DNA of 64,000 bases from an uncultured Candidatus Saccharibacteria bacterium (GTDB lineage: Bacteria > Patescibacteriota > Saccharimonadia > Saccharimonadales > Saccharimonadaceae): the NCBI GenBank assembly GCA_963533665.1, contig CAUSPY010000003.1:6925-70924 (forward strand), given 5' to 3'. Shown piece by piece: positions 46,023-55,424 of this stretch. Made by a program: the position numbers and the translations under genes. The stretch's first letter is position 1; every line of letters begins with the position of its first letter. Under the pieces are notes generated by a model. It was not told the origin of the DNA, searched no databases, and saw only the letters and a list, made by a program, of their open reading frames with translations.

Positions 46023-46082
46023 TGGCTATCTCTCTATATTCATTATGAAATTTATTATCAATGGTGTATAATGTAGCATATA

Positions 46083-46919
46083 ATGCAAGAAAAGTCAACC
46101 ATATCGTTTTGGCTAAAGAATGCCGCCAAATCTCTGAAGGATGCCGGTATCTCCTCTGCGCGGCTAGACGCAGAATTAATCTTAGCCAATACCTTGCGAA
46201 AGAATCGGACATACCTTCATGCGCACCTGGATGAGGAGATTGATCCGCGCAGAGTTGACATCGCTAATGCGCGGCTGGATCTGCGGCTGGATCGCGTGCC
46301 AATGGCCTATATTCTGGGCTATAAAGAGTTTTACGGGCGCAAATTTACTGTTTCTCCCGCAGTATTAGTTCCCCGCCCCGAATCGGAGGATATGATTTCA
46401 CTATTTCTGGACGCGACAGCCGGCGAAATTGAACAGAAAGTATTGATCGACGTCGGGACTGGTTCGGGCTGCCTGGGGATTACAGCAGCGTTGGAACGGA
46501 CAAATATTTCCGTTATTTTATCAGACATCAGCAAAGATGTGCTCCGAATTGCCGAAAAAAATGCTGATGAGCACCACGCCCGCGTAAAAATCCAGCAGCA
46601 ATCGCTGCTGAATGGACAGCTAGAACCGGTGGATTACACTTTCGCCAATCTGCCTTATGTTGATAAGGACTGGGAAGTGTCGCCAGAGCTTCAGTACGAA
46701 CCGAAAATCGCCCTTTTTACCGAGGATGGCGGACTAAAATTAATCCTTGAGCTTATTCAGCAAGCACCGCGCTGCTTAACTCCAAACGGACAATTGTTTA
46801 TCGAGGCCGACCCGATACAGCACGAGCGAATAATACAAGCAGCCGCTAAGCAAAATTTTAAGTTAGCGGCGATTCAGCGTTATATTATCGTTTTACGATT
46901 TATAGGCAGCCAGCGTTAA
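46083..46919 (+). CDS. prmC: Release factor glutamine N5-methyltransferase PrmC/HemK
   Basis: SAM motif 'LIDVGTGSGCLGI'. The catalytic tetrapeptide position reads 'NLPY' (46647-46658) instead of NPPY. A TATAAT lies 10 nt before the ATG. Confidence 0.9.
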   Translation: MQEKSTISFWLKNAAKSLKDAGISSARLDAELILANTLRKNRTYLHAHLDEEIDPRRVDIANARLDLRLDRVPMAYILGYKEFYGRKFTVSPAVLVPRPESEDMISLFLDATAGEIEQKVLIDVGTGSGCLGITAALERTNISVILSDISKDVLRIAEKNADEHHARVKIQQQSLLNGQLEPVDYTFANLPYVDKDWEVSPELQYEPKIALFTEDGGLKLILELIQQAPRCLTPNGQLFIEADPIQHERIIQAAAKQNFKLAAIQRYIIVLRFIGSQR

Positions 46920-48044
46920 ATCCACCGTAATATTTTTCCCGGCGCGCACCAAAGTAACTTCGATCTTTTCGCCGGGCAGGTATTCCGAAACTAGCGTTGA
47001 CAATCCGCCGTCTTCACCAACGTTTTTATTATTAATCTTAGTGATAACATCGCCTTCTTTAATGCCGGCTGCATCCGCCGGGCCGCCAGTTTCTACGACG
47101 CCGCCCGAGTGTCCGCCGATATAAGCGCCAGATTTGACTGGCAAATTATATTCAGCCCGCACTTCCGGCGTAACCGCGACATAACGGACGCCAATGTAGG
47201 CTTTTTGCACACCTTTACCCTGTAAGACGCTTTTTGACATGCCCTTGGCGGCGTTAATCGGGATAGCAAACCCCATGCTCTGCGCGTCGGAAACAGTCGC
47301 CGTATTTATGCCGATAACCTGGCCGGACAAGTTAATCAGCGGGCCGCCAGAATTTCCCAAATTCACAGCAGCATCAGTTTGCAGCAAATCAGTTAACTCC
47401 TCGACTTTAGTTTTTCTATCATCAGACGAGGCCGATACTGGCCGCCCTTTGCCAGAGATAATACCACTGGTCACGCTGTTTTGATAGCGTCCCAGCGAAT
47501 TGCCGATAGCGATGACTTTTTGTCCCACTTTTACCGTACTGGAGTTGCCCAGCTCCGCTGCCGGTAAATTCTTAGCGTCCTTTATTTTTAAGAACGCAAT
47601 GTCGTTTAGCGGATCGCTGCCGACAATAGAAACACCAGCATACTGGCTGCCATCGCTGGTGATAATACGCACGCTGTCAGCGTCATCAACGACGTGATTA
47701 TTCGTCAATATATAGCCGTCAGGGCTGATGATGATACCTGTTCCCGCCCCTTGCTGAGCCCTGGTTAAGTAGCTGCCCTGAGTGGTTATTATCGAAACAA
47801 CGCTTGGCGACACCTTCGCTACGATCTTTGAGGTGTCGATTTCCTCATCAGTCAGCCGCAGATTACCATCAGGAATATTCGTTTGCGAGACATTTTGCCT
47901 GTTGTTCAACCTATAAACAACCCAACCCGCAAATACGCCGTTGCTAATGATTAATATCGCTGCCAGCACCGCGCCAATAGTCCAGAAAACTATCTTTTTA
48001 TTATTTCGCTTCACCTTGCTAGCTGCTGTCGTATTGTTGTCCAT
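46893..48044 (-). CDS. htrA: HtrA/DegP-family serine protease with a PDZ domain
   Basis: 'TNNHVV', 'NDIAFLK' and 'GNSGGPLINLSGQVIGINTA', plus a PDZ segment 'AAGIKEGDVITKIN'. Its 3' end overlaps the prmC 3' end by 27 nt. Confidence 0.9.
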   Translation of the reverse strand: MDNNTTAASKVKRNNKKIVFWTIGAVLAAILIISNGVFAGWVVYRLNNRQNVSQTNIPDGNLRLTDEEIDTSKIVAKVSPSVVSIITTQGSYLTRAQQGAGTGIIISPDGYILTNNHVVDDADSVRIITSDGSQYAGVSIVGSDPLNDIAFLKIKDAKNLPAAELGNSSTVKVGQKVIAIGNSLGRYQNSVTSGIISGKGRPVSASSDDRKTKVEELTDLLQTDAAVNLGNSGGPLINLSGQVIGINTATVSDAQSMGFAIPINAAKGMSKSVLQGKGVQKAYIGVRYVAVTPEVRAEYNLPVKSGAYIGGHSGGVVETGGPADAAGIKEGDVITKINNKNVGEDGGLSTLVSEYLPGEKIEVTLVRAGKNITVDLTLAAYKS

Positions 48045-48055
48045 GTTTAGATTAC

Positions 48056-48820
48056 CTATATAACCACCGAGTTAAAGGCTAATAGCATAACCAGAGTTGT
48101 CGCCACCGCCAGAAAAACCGGCCCTACTATCTCTGAAAATATGATTTTCTTATGTTTTTTCCACGACTGATAAACCTTGCCGCCGCAAAACGAAATAAGC
48201 AAAAGAACTATCGTTATTTGCGGGATGCCGCCAGCCAGCGTCCTCAGGTAGCTGAAATTCCAATAATACGCCAGCCAACCCAGCTCCGCAAAAACTAGCC
48301 CCCAAACAAAGCTAAGCAGCGTAGTCTGCTCCTCGTCGTAACTATGCAGAAAATGCCGCGCCGCGCCGTAGCCGAGCAAAAACATCAGGAAGACTACCGC
48401 CGAAACCGGCCATTCATACGACACTGCCATCAGCGATATCGTACCGATAAGAATAGCACATCCCGCCTGCAAGGCTATCTGCCAGCGTTTAGATAGCGGT
48501 TTGATAAAGATAAGCCAAATAGCGTAAAGAATCGCCAGTACAGTCTGGATAGTAAAACCGATGTTTGGCAGATACATTAAACCGACAATGCCAACGCCGA
48601 CTGCTACATCAACCAGATTTGCTTGAATATTTGCCCACCAAAACCGCGGACGCACAGCGATCACCCGCCATTTGCTAAGAATAACCAGCGCCAGCGCCGG
48701 GTACGGCGACTGAATTGTCCTGGCAATCGCCAATAAAACCGCCGCCAAACCCAAGTTCAAGATGTGGTAAACGATTTCGCTCCAAAATGTTCGCCGCTTT
48801 ACTGTTTTTAACAAATCCAT
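48056..48820 (-). CDS. Polytopic membrane protein of unknown function
   Basis: About 7-8 hydrophobic helices. No motif recognised. Confidence 0.55.
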   Translation of the reverse strand: MDLLKTVKRRTFWSEIVYHILNLGLAAVLLAIARTIQSPYPALALVILSKWRVIAVRPRFWWANIQANLVDVAVGVGIVGLMYLPNIGFTIQTVLAILYAIWLIFIKPLSKRWQIALQAGCAILIGTISLMAVSYEWPVSAVVFLMFLLGYGAARHFLHSYDEEQTTLLSFVWGLVFAELGWLAYYWNFSYLRTLAGGIPQITIVLLLISFCGGKVYQSWKKHKKIIFSEIVGPVFLAVATTLVMLLAFNSVVI

Positions 48821-48841
48821 ATGCTTTCCTTATTATATCAA

Positions 48842-50494
48842 TTAAGATCCAGGCCCCACAACTACGATAAATTGCGCATCAACATTCAAATTGTAGCCCG
48901 GAGATTCGGTAGTAGCCGGCGTGCCGTAAACTTCTTCCAATTTCGACTTGGTCGCAGGCTTTTCCTTGCCTGACGGAAGCTGGTAAACTGTATTTTTACT
49001 GGCTTTAGCGCCGCCAGGAACATTGCCGACATGAACCACTTTCAATCCCAATTCAGACAGTTTATCGGCCTGTTTCTGAGCAGCCCCAGGCACGCCGCTG
49101 CCATTAAGTACGGCTATTTTAGCTTTTTCTTTAAGTAGCGGCGTACCGTAAATCTCGCCCTTTAAGAATGAATGAATTTCGCTGTAATTATCTACTCCCG
49201 CCGACGGCTTGACAATACTCATGCCGCCAACCGAGCCTGTCGTCATCAGCATATTGTCTTTTTCGACGAAGCTCAATTTATGGACGCTCGGCTCTTTAAT
49301 TTCCGCCGCCAATTTCATAACCGTTTGAATTTCTTTGGTACTAATATTAGTTCTCAGATTTTTACCCATGGCTTCCATCAGCGACGAGACCTTGCTAAAA
49401 TCAGTTAGCGTACCTGTAGAGCCAGCCTTGCTCTTCAATGCCATTAAGACCAGCTGCTGGTTTTTTTCGCGGTCAAAGTTAGACTGCTCCAAGCCGTAAG
49501 TCGGAGGCGTATGTCCGCGAGCCTGCGAAAACGCCATAGCCTGATCGCCGTTCATCTCGTTCGGGCCGTTCGGAAATGCCAGATAATGCCCGCGCGGACA
49601 AAGGCTGCGGTTCTGGCGGCATTTGTCGTCAAAAGTGGCGTCCAGTACGCCTCGCGGGTCGCGGCTAGCGACATTAACTGTCACGCCGCCAACAGCATTG
49701 ACCGCATCGCGAATAACCACGGTATTTACGTGAACCGCGTATTGAATATCCATATTAAAGATATTACCGACGAACTTCCGTGTTTCGTCCATCCGCTGCT
49801 TTTCTGCCTCCTCGCCGCTACCATCCGCCGAACAAATAAAATATTCGTTTATTTTACCTGCATAGCCAGAATTACACGCCCTGCCAAACTGTACATACAA
49901 ATCGCGAGGAATACTGTAGATATAAACGTCTTTTTTCGTCTGGTTGACACTTAACACCATCATGGAATCTGTTAAGTTCGCCCCGTCGCGGCCCGCCATA
50001 TCGTCGGTCGAACCTAAAATCAGCACGTTACTGCGCCCATAAGCATCTTCTTTTAATTTTTGCTGCGAAAACAGATTAAGCAGATTACCGTCGCCGAACA
50101 CTCGATGCATGGTCTGCCACAACCGAAACGCCACGTAACCTGCTATAACTAAAACAATCACCCCTACGACAGCCGAGATGATTTTTACCTTTAACTTCTT
50201 TTTTCGCTTGTTTTTACGCTCCTGCCGATGAGACGGCTTAGCATTCTCATCAATCGCCCGCAACGATTCGTCAATATTCTGTTTCAGGCTGGCAGCTGGC
50301 TGAATTCCATTTCTATGGCTAATATGCGCAGCAGGCTTGATAGCACGTCGTCCGCTGCGCATTTCATCAATTCCCTGCTGGACGCCGCGAACATGACCGA
50401 TCGCCGCCCGCGTACCAGCAGCATCCGCCCCCAGTGAAGACCGCTGAGGACGTTTTGGTACAAAACCGTCCATAGACTGTTTGCGTGGATTCAT
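48842..50494 (-). CDS. LytR-CpsA-Psr (LCP) family protein with a C-terminal LytR_C-like domain
   Basis: 'NVLILGSTD...ANLTDSMMVLSVN...IYSIPRDLYV' is the LCP core. The C-terminus has 'KIAVLNGSGVPGAA'. ATG 50494 lies 8 nt after TGCTATAAT. Confidence 0.85.
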   Translation of the reverse strand: MNPRKQSMDGFVPKRPQRSSLGADAAGTRAAIGHVRGVQQGIDEMRSGRRAIKPAAHISHRNGIQPAASLKQNIDESLRAIDENAKPSHRQERKNKRKKKLKVKIISAVVGVIVLVIAGYVAFRLWQTMHRVFGDGNLLNLFSQQKLKEDAYGRSNVLILGSTDDMAGRDGANLTDSMMVLSVNQTKKDVYIYSIPRDLYVQFGRACNSGYAGKINEYFICSADGSGEEAEKQRMDETRKFVGNIFNMDIQYAVHVNTVVIRDAVNAVGGVTVNVASRDPRGVLDATFDDKCRQNRSLCPRGHYLAFPNGPNEMNGDQAMAFSQARGHTPPTYGLEQSNFDREKNQQLVLMALKSKAGSTGTLTDFSKVSSLMEAMGKNLRTNISTKEIQTVMKLAAEIKEPSVHKLSFVEKDNMLMTTGSVGGMSIVKPSAGVDNYSEIHSFLKGEIYGTPLLKEKAKIAVLNGSGVPGAAQKQADKLSELGLKVVHVGNVPGGAKASKNTVYQLPSGKEKPATKSKLEEVYGTPATTESPGYNLNVDAQFIVVVGPGS

Positions 50495-50502
50495 ATCTAT
50501 TG

Positions 50503-50528
50503 ATTATAGCACACAAAACGCTTATAAT
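50503..50528. promoter_or_regulatory. Back-to-back divergent -10 boxes for the LCP gene (minus) and lepB (plus)
   Basis: The minus-strand TGCTATAAT (50511-50503) lies 8 nt from ATG 50494. The plus-strand TATAAT (50523-50528) lies 7 nt from ATG 50536. Confidence 0.45.
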
Positions 50529-50535
50529 TGAACCG

Positions 50536-51141
50536 ATGGATGCAACTTTTATGGATCGTCATCCGCGGCTAAGCGACGGGTTGAGTTTGGTTATTTTCGT
50601 TATCGGCGTGGCTATCGGTACGGTTTTATTAAACGCGTTCGTATTTCAAACATTCAATGTTGAAGGCGCAAGCATGGAAACCACGATGTACACCGGCGAC
50701 AGGCTGATCGTTAACCGCTTGCCGGTCACTATGTCAAAGCTGCAGAATAAAAACTACACGCCCAAACGCGGCCAAATTATCGTGTTTAAGAATCCGAATT
50801 ACAACGCTTCTCTGGGCAAGGACGAATATATCGTCAAGCGAGTTATCGCCTTCGCCGGCGAGCGCGTAACTGTCAAGAACGGCACGACAACAGTTTATAA
50901 CAAGGAAAATCCAAACGGCTTTAATCCTGATTCCACTGTTAATAAAAATGAACCTGGACAGCCGACTTCCGGTAATGTTGACGCTGTAGTGCCAAAGGGA
51001 ACGATTTTCGTCATGGGCGACCACCGCCAAGGCAATTATTCGTGCGACTCGCGCAATTGCATGGGGTCAATCCCGCTTTATGATATAGTCGGACCAGTTG
51101 GTTTACGGATATTCCCGTTCACTAAAATCCGCGGATTTTAA
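50536..51141 (+). CDS. lepB: Signal peptidase I
   Basis: 'VEGASMETTMYTGDRLIVNR', 'IVKRVIAFAGERV' and 'GDHRQGNYSCDSR'. I prefer the start at MDATFMDRH over the upstream GTG, which overlaps the LCP gene. Confidence 0.88.
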   Translation: MDATFMDRHPRLSDGLSLVIFVIGVAIGTVLLNAFVFQTFNVEGASMETTMYTGDRLIVNRLPVTMSKLQNKNYTPKRGQIIVFKNPNYNASLGKDEYIVKRVIAFAGERVTVKNGTTTVYNKENPNGFNPDSTVNKNEPGQPTSGNVDAVVPKGTIFVMGDHRQGNYSCDSRNCMGSIPLYDIVGPVGLRIFPFTKIRGF

Positions 51142-52016
51142 CTATTTTCCAGTAGCTGGCGGATTCTATCAAACTCAGCCTCATTCTTAAACGTGATGCT
51201 AATTTGCCCGGCACCCTTGTTATTAGTGCGAATTTTTACGCCTGTGCCAAAGTGCTTAGATAAACTTTCAATCGCCTCGGCATGCGGCGAATCGGTAGGC
51301 TTTTTCTCCTCGACTGGGTTATCCTGCGTTTGTTTCCATAGTGCCACCGCCTGCTCAACGCGGCGAACCGACCAGCCGTCGGCAATTGTTTTTTTCATGA
51401 TTGATTCCGCCATACTCTCTGGCAAACCGATAAGCGGGCGCGCCTGCCCCTCCGACAGCTCGCCGTCAAATATTGCCTGCCTGACAGATTTAGGCAAGCG
51501 TAAAAGCCGCAGTGTATTGCTAACAGCGCTAACAGATTTGCCGCCCAGGCGTTTGCCGATTTCCTCCAAGGTCATATTAAACTGATCGCGCAGCTTCAAG
51601 TAGGCCGTGGCTGTTTCTAAAACATTCAAATCATGCCTTTGTAAGTTTTCAATCAGCGAAATCTCTAATCGATTCTGGCCGCTCATACTGCGCACGATAC
51701 ACGGCAATTCTTCCAGACCAGCCTTCTTAGCAGCCCGCCAGCGGCGCTCTCCAGCCACAATCAAATAATTACTACCCTTTGGCGTTACTACAATTGGCTG
51801 CACAACGCCATGCTCTTTGATAGATTCAGCCAGCTCGCTCAATGCTGCCTCGTCAAAAAACCGCCGCGGCTGCCCTGGATCCGGGGAAATTTTCGTAATA
51901 GCAATATCTTTCAGACGCGAAACCTTATCGTCCTGCTTGGCAGTCGGATCAAACGTCTCGTCAATCAAATTCGTCGGAATCAGCGATTCAAATCCTCTGC
52001 CCAGACCCTTTTTCAC
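51138..52016 (-). CDS. parB: Chromosome partitioning protein ParB
   Basis: 'QPRRFFDEAALSELAESIKEHGVVQPIVV...IVAGERRWRAAKKAGL'. Confidence 0.92.
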   Translation of the reverse strand: MKKGLGRGFESLIPTNLIDETFDPTAKQDDKVSRLKDIAITKISPDPGQPRRFFDEAALSELAESIKEHGVVQPIVVTPKGSNYLIVAGERRWRAAKKAGLEELPCIVRSMSGQNRLEISLIENLQRHDLNVLETATAYLKLRDQFNMTLEEIGKRLGGKSVSAVSNTLRLLRLPKSVRQAIFDGELSEGQARPLIGLPESMAESIMKKTIADGWSVRRVEQAVALWKQTQDNPVEEKKPTDSPHAEAIESLSKHFGTGVKIRTNNKGAGQISITFKNEAEFDRIRQLLENS

Positions 52017-52777
52017 CTGCTAGTCCTTTCTACGATTTCCTTAGCCAACGCCTTGTAAGCTCGCGAACCTTTAGAAAAACGATCATAAACCCCGACTGGC
52101 GCACCGTGGCTCGGCGCCTCCGCCAAGCGAATATTGCGCGGAATAGTAGTCTTAAAAATCTTATCCGGAAAATACTTCTTTATCTCATCATAGACCTGGC
52201 TGGATAAAGTCGTCCGCGAATCCATCATCGTCGGCAGTACGCCGAGGAGCTTCAGCGACGAATTCAGACCTTTACGAATCAGCTTCATACTCTCCAAAAG
52301 CTGTCCCAGACCCTCCAGCGCGTAGAACTCCGCTTGCACTGGCAGCAGCACATAATCCGCAGCAACCAGCCCGTTCACCGTCAATAAGCTTAAACTGGGC
52401 GGACTGTCAATGATAATATAGTCATAATCAATTACGCCGTTAAGCGCCTCCCGCAAACGAACAAAACGCCCGTCAGCCTGTGCCAATTCCACCTCGGTGT
52501 TTGCCAAATGCGATGTTGACGGCGCTAAATACAAATCTTTATACTCAGTCGGCAAAACAACCTTCGCCAATCGAATTTGGCGCATAATGACTTCTGTCAT
52601 CGTCGCCCCTAATTCCTGTTTATCGATACCCAAACCGCTGGTCGCATTACCCTGCGGATCAAAATCTATAATCAGCGTCCGCTTGCCCATTTTTGATAAA
52701 AAATACGCCACATTAATTGAAGTTGTGGTTTTACCCACGCCGCCTTTCTGATTTGTCACCGCAATAACTCTTGCCAT
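52013..52777 (-). CDS. parA: Chromosome partitioning ATPase ParA/Soj
   Basis: Deviant Walker A 'NQKGGVGKTTT'. It overlaps parB by 4 nt. Confidence 0.93.
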   Translation of the reverse strand: MARVIAVTNQKGGVGKTTTSINVAYFLSKMGKRTLIIDFDPQGNATSGLGIDKQELGATMTEVIMRQIRLAKVVLPTEYKDLYLAPSTSHLANTEVELAQADGRFVRLREALNGVIDYDYIIIDSPPSLSLLTVNGLVAADYVLLPVQAEFYALEGLGQLLESMKLIRKGLNSSLKLLGVLPTMMDSRTTLSSQVYDEIKKYFPDKIFKTTIPRNIRLAEAPSHGAPVGVYDRFSKGSRAYKALAKEIVERTSR

Positions 52778-52835
52778 TCATTCCCCTTTTTACTTATTAC
52801 AGTATAGCATGAGCAAGACGTAAATAACAGATATT

Positions 52836-52860
52836 AAAACCGCCTCGCTAGCGGAGGCGG
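52836..52860 (-). terminator. Rho-independent terminator downstream of rplU
   Basis: The minus strand reads ccgcctc-cgctagc-gaggcgg followed by ttttaat. Confidence 0.55.
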
Positions 52861-52879
52861 CAATGCTGTATACAGAAAA

Positions 52880-53191
52880 TTACTTAATTTTAATCGAGCT
52901 AATCTGAATTTTCGTGTACTTCTGGCGATGACCAGTTTCTTTGTGAACGCGTTTTTTAGCTTTGTAGCGAATGACGCGGATTTTATCGCCTTTGACTTCC
53001 GCCTCAACGACTTTCGCTTTTACCACCGCGCCTTTTACCGTTGGCGTACCAACTTTTGTTTTATCACCATCAATCACTAAAAGTGCGTCGAGAGTGAGTT
53101 CTTTTGTACCTTCAGGGAGGAGATCCACCAAGAGGGACTCTTTTTCGCTGACAATGTATTGCTTGCCAGAGATTTTTACGACTGCTTTCAT
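52880..53191 (-). CDS. rplU: 50S ribosomal protein L21
   Basis: 'MKAVVKISGKQYIVSEKE...KIRVIRYKAKKRVHKETGHRQKYTKIQI'. An aaggaa SD and TGTTATAAT (53235-53227) lie upstream. Confidence 0.9.
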   Translation of the reverse strand: MKAVVKISGKQYIVSEKESLLVDLLPEGTKELTLDALLVIDGDKTKVGTPTVKGAVVKAKVVEAEVKGDKIRVIRYKAKKRVHKETGHRQKYTKIQISSIKIK

Positions 53192-53255
53192 TTCGTTCCT
53201 TAAAATATATTTACTATCAGTGACCAATTATAACAGAGACGGACAATACATGCAA

Positions 53256-54083
53256 CTAGTTTTTCTGTAACTCAGCCATGGCGTTATTTGCCTGCAGCCA
53301 GCCACTCGGCGATCCGCACTCCATGTAGTCGCCCTTAGCCTCACCAACCGCGATGATACCGCCGCCCACGATGTACGCATTGATAGCATCAGTCAGCTCA
53401 AATTCACCGCGCTGCGGATTGACGGGCAATGTCCGTGCTAACTCAAAAATTTCTTTGTTAAGGACATAAAAGCTTGAATTGCTGAGGTTACTCGGCGCTT
53501 CTTCCAGCTTCGGCTTTTCGATAATTTGTACGAAATTGCCCTGCTGGTCGGTTTCGATGATACCCGTCTGCGGAATAAGTGCCTCCTCAACAGGATTACC
53601 CAATAACCCAGCCGACAAGCCGCGCGCCTCCACCAACTCTGCCAGATCAGCCGCATTTGAACCGCCGTCAACACGCCAGAAAAATTGGTCGCCCATCACC
53701 ACAAACGCCGACTCGCCTGGCTCAATAAATTCGCTAGCCAACCCCACTGGGATACTAGTGCCGTAACCGCCCGTACCAGGCTGAGTTAAAAAATGTATTC
53801 GCACATCACGGAGCGGCGCCACCAGGGATAACTTATCTTCTTTGCCAGCGCGCCGCAAATAATCGTTCAACTGGATATTTGACCGATAATAGCTCTGCAC
53901 TTGAGTGCTTTGCTCGCCAACCACGAAATAAATATCCTTGACGCCCGCCCGAATAATATCCTGCACGATATAGTCAACCACCGGACGCGTCCCCACCGGC
54001 AACATACACTTTTCGATTGATTTGGTAATCGGCAGCATCCGCGTACCCCAACCGGCGACTGGAATGATAGCTTTGGTAATCAT
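53256..54083 (-). CDS. galU: UTP--glucose-1-phosphate uridylyltransferase-like sugar nucleotidyltransferase
   Basis: 'KAIIPVAGWGTRMLPITKSIEKCMLPV' is the G-x-G-T-R-x-L-P signature. Confidence 0.8.
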   Translation of the reverse strand: MITKAIIPVAGWGTRMLPITKSIEKCMLPVGTRPVVDYIVQDIIRAGVKDIYFVVGEQSTQVQSYYRSNIQLNDYLRRAGKEDKLSLVAPLRDVRIHFLTQPGTGGYGTSIPVGLASEFIEPGESAFVVMGDQFFWRVDGGSNAADLAELVEARGLSAGLLGNPVEEALIPQTGIIETDQQGNFVQIIEKPKLEEAPSNLSNSSFYVLNKEIFELARTLPVNPQRGEFELTDAINAYIVGGGIIAVGEAKGDYMECGSPSGWLQANNAMAELQKN

Positions 54084-54092
54084 ATTTCCTCC

Positions 54093-55424
54093 TTACATCT
54101 TCAGTTCTTTATGCGATTTCTGTAAAATATCCATCATTTCCGCATAGCGCATCTCGCCCTCGGCAATCCTGGAATAGAGATAAACAACATTATCCACCAC
54201 CTCAATATTAACCTTAATATTCTGGTCGTACAGCCACGCCATGAAGCTGGGATTAAGCAGTTCAAAGCTGGTTACTTGGTTTTCATCGGTGGCATACACC
54301 TGGTAACGCTTATTAAAATCACTCCACTCCATCTGGACTTTTTTATAACCCGACGGCGCTTTGAATCGTTTTAACAAACGCGAATCCGGGCGTTCCACTA
54401 AAATACCGCCGTAAGATTTTGGCAAGTTAACCTGCCCGACGATATAATATTCCATATTATCTTCGCCGATCGGCTTATTATACGTATACAGTTGCACCAA
54501 CAAATTGCCCGTCCAAAAACCGATGATGTGATTGTTGATATCGGCAACCTGGAAGCCGCGCTTAAATAACTCGCCGCGAGTCGGCAGCAATAAATGCCCC
54601 CAATCGGGACTGAAATACATATTATATTGCGCAGCAAATTGCCGCATTGAAGCGATGAACTGTGCCGAATCTTCCGTCGCCTGATCGATACCGTCCAGTA
54701 GCCATCCATTACCCGAACGTACGAAGTTCCACTGCTCGCCGAATTCCTCGGTATCGCGATAAATCAGCGAACCATTTTCAATCAATTTGTCATCCGCTGA
54801 CGCCACGAACCCGACACTCACTCGGTCGTTTTGATCGTTCTGATCATCGTAGGCTTGAGTAATCACCGCTTCGCTTATCGACACGTTACTCATTTGGTTG
54901 ACTCGTCCCATCTGTTGTAAAGCATACAACATCAGGCCGATGTGCCGCGCATAATTTGGCGTGGTATATTGCTGAATTGACGTCAAATCCAACCGTTCCC
55001 AATCGTACTGAAACCGGTTGAAGACTGTCGTCGCATAATTAATAATCCCCTGTTCATTCCAAGCCCCATCCTGCATAGCCGCTTGCTGGACAGTTTGCCT
55101 GGCTGCTTGGCTATTCTGGCGAAAACGCCCTAATTTGTCAGTAAGCGCTCCGGCTACCGCACCGACAACTGCTGAAATAAGCGCAATAATAAACAGTATT
55201 GGACCGCCCAGTAGATACAATAAGCTTACTAATAAGCCGGCAGCAAAACCGACAGCCGCGCCCGCTGCTTTCGATTGGGTGCGTTTTTTAACCGGTTCAG
55301 CAGTTAACATGGCAACGATGCCTGGTATAATGAGGAGAATACCAGCGCCGCCTCCACCGCCAGAGCTTGATCCGCCGCCGCCCGCGCGCGCAAAAAACAT
55401 GAGCTGATGAAAAATGTCGTACAT
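54093..55424 (-). CDS. Hypothetical membrane protein with a Gly-rich N-terminus, two TMs and a large soluble domain
   Basis: 'ARAGGGGSSSGGGGGAG' is followed by two hydrophobic helices. I could not place the remainder with confidence. ATG 55424 lies 7 nt after TACAAT. Confidence 0.55.
   Translation of the reverse strand: MYDIFHQLMFFARAGGGGSSSGGGGGAGILLIIPGIVAMLTAEPVKKRTQSKAAGAAVGFAAGLLVSLLYLLGGPILFIIALISAVVGAVAGALTDKLGRFRQNSQAARQTVQQAAMQDGAWNEQGIINYATTVFNRFQYDWERLDLTSIQQYTTPNYARHIGLMLYALQQMGRVNQMSNVSISEAVITQAYDDQNDQNDRVSVGFVASADDKLIENGSLIYRDTEEFGEQWNFVRSGNGWLLDGIDQATEDSAQFIASMRQFAAQYNMYFSPDWGHLLLPTRGELFKRGFQVADINNHIIGFWTGNLLVQLYTYNKPIGEDNMEYYIVGQVNLPKSYGGILVERPDSRLLKRFKAPSGYKKVQMEWSDFNKRYQVYATDENQVTSFELLNPSFMAWLYDQNIKVNIEVVDNVVYLYSRIAEGEMRYAEMMDILQKSHKELKM

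Noticed and set aside
51138-52777. A possible replication origin near parAB or recF, searched for as DnaA-box clusters.
   Set aside because: Only isolated near-matches occur, such as ttatccact inside rpmE2. There is no AT-rich unwinding region with clustered boxes, no dnaA or dnaN, and gene orientation does not switch.
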